Below, in pieces: positions 59,097 through 59,892 of a DNA stretch of 59,892 nt; positions within the stretch are counted from its first letter, which is position 1; each line of letters opens with the position of its first letter. The DNA comes from a virus. Taxonomy: Duplodnaviria > Caudoviricetes. The notes below the pieces were generated by a model that was not told where the DNA came from, did not search any database, and saw nothing but the letters and a program-made list of their open reading frames with translations. A program made the translations under genes and the position numbers. Location: the IMG/VR virus record IMGVR_UViG_3300021085_000033, positions 1 to 59,892 of that record; one strand, written 5' to 3'.

Positions 59097-59158
59097 GACA
59101 GCAAGGAAAGACTTGCGGTTACTGATATTTTTAATTAACTTGGCTTAAAACATTTAAT

Positions 59159-59356
59159 ATGTATGAGATTAAAAACCAATTCAGCTCAGGAGAGCTAAAA
59201 GCTATATCGATATGCATTAGCTTTATGATTGATGACGTTAACGAAGAGCTAGAGAGCTACGAGAACGCAAGTATGACTGAGGCAGCACAAACCTCTAGAG
59301 AGGTCTTGAGTGGTCTATATGAAGTGCTTAACAAGATTAGAAATTTAACCCTATAA
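59159..59356 (+). CDS. Putative early hypothetical protein
   Basis: ORF. Confidence 0.7.
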   Translation: MYEIKNQFSSGELKAISICISFMIDDVNEELESYENASMTEAAQTSREVLSGLYEVLNKIRNLTL

Positions 59357-59362
59357 TTTATT

Positions 59363-59530
59363 ATGATACTACAAGACTTGAAAGATGATATGTACTCGCT
59401 AGTAGAACGTGTACGTGTAAGAGCTGAACTGGCTGACCGAACACTAGATGCCCACGATATGGCTCGTATAGAAGCCCTGATGGGGCAGATAGAAGTATTT
59501 ACTAAGCAACACAGCAGTAATTGTGAATAG
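59363..59530 (+). CDS. Putative early hypothetical protein (55 aa)
   Basis: MILQDLKDDMYSLVERVR..., read manually. Confidence 0.55.
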   Translation: MILQDLKDDMYSLVERVRVRAELADRTLDAHDMARIEALMGQIEVFTKQHSSNCE

Positions 59531-59661
59531 TACGATACAACTTGCGCTAAAGGGGTTTTTAAAAACCTTTTTAGCGATAGGTTCTATGAAGATGTTAGCA
59601 CACGTATTAGGAATACTGATAATATATTTCTTTAGCTATGTAGATAAATGGATTTAATCCT

Positions 59662-59777
59662 TATATTTGCATCAACAAACAATCCTCTCCGCAATTGTGA
59701 TTGTTTTAGAAGTATACATTTAAGACCCTATTGGGAGTAACCGAGTGCGGAGCGGTGAAACTAGTGGGGTCTTTTTT
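59662..59777 (+). promoter_or_regulatory. Promoter followed by a kissing-loop/terminator leader
   Basis: TATATTTG 59662-69; loop CTCCGCA (59687-93) is complementary to TGCGGAG (59746-52) inside a terminator-like stem. Confidence 0.55.
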
Positions 59778-59892
59778 GTTGCTGAGCATTGAGGCGCAAC
59801 ACTAAACAAAGCCCTTGCGTTTGGAAGAGATGGTTACTGATGATAGCTTCGCCAATGATCCGGATGAATAGTACACACCGGATAGAGACCTA
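59767..59892. repeat. Terminal direct repeat, right copy
   Basis: Identical to 6-131. Confidence 0.95.

Larger units (their letters stand above)
57592..59127 (+). repeat. Four 'hairpin + CGGTTACTGATA' intergenic motifs
   Basis: GGTTACTGAT at 57612, 58011, 58662 and 59117, each directly 3' of a hairpin. Confidence 0.9.

Noticed and set aside
59544-59575. Near-perfect palindrome CGCTAAAGGGGTTTTT/AAAAACCTTTTTAGCG as a special element
   Set aside because: A single copy, most simply a terminator or stabilising hairpin at the end of the array
1-59892. Stop-codon reassignment as in some crAss-like phages
   Set aside because: Long genes are intact under the standard code, and TAA, TAG and TGA all act as stops

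Overview
The window is an essentially complete ~59.8 kb tailed-phage genome. Its ends share a 126-bp direct repeat (6-131 = 59767-59892), so it is circular or circularly permuted. The host is very likely Bacteroidota/Flavobacteriia: many TTTG-N20-TAnnTTTG-type promoters are present and translation starts are A/T-rich without Shine-Dalgarno sites. The + strand carries a recombination/replication block (ERF annealase, PD-(D/E)XK exonuclease, primase-helicase, RusA-like resolvase, sigma-like factor; 0.5-9.4 kb). The - strand carries a long lysis and podovirus-type morphogenesis block (9.5-54.5 kb: lysis, large ejection proteins, tail ring and nozzle, capsid, two S74 tail fibres, portal, terminase, tandem GroES), with an intact PAS histidine kinase plus response regulator inside it. 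A non-coding divergence region (54.5-55.4 kb) is followed by a + strand array of small putative early genes (55.4-59.6 kb). The main discovery is in that array, where nearly every intergenic spacer holds a structured RNA. These include a canonical type I hammerhead ribozyme, a pistol ribozyme, and a highly branched hammerhead downstream of a promoter and boxB/boxA site. Four 'hairpin + CGGTTACTGATA' sites match the substrate strand of the branched hammerhead, and several further structures are unclassified. Together they suggest a ribozyme-based system that cuts the early transcript into single-gene mRNAs, possibly with one catalytic core acting on several distal sites. No DNA polymerase, RNA polymerase, integrase, tRNA or CRISPR array was recognised. 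All calls come from reading the sequence; no searches were run.
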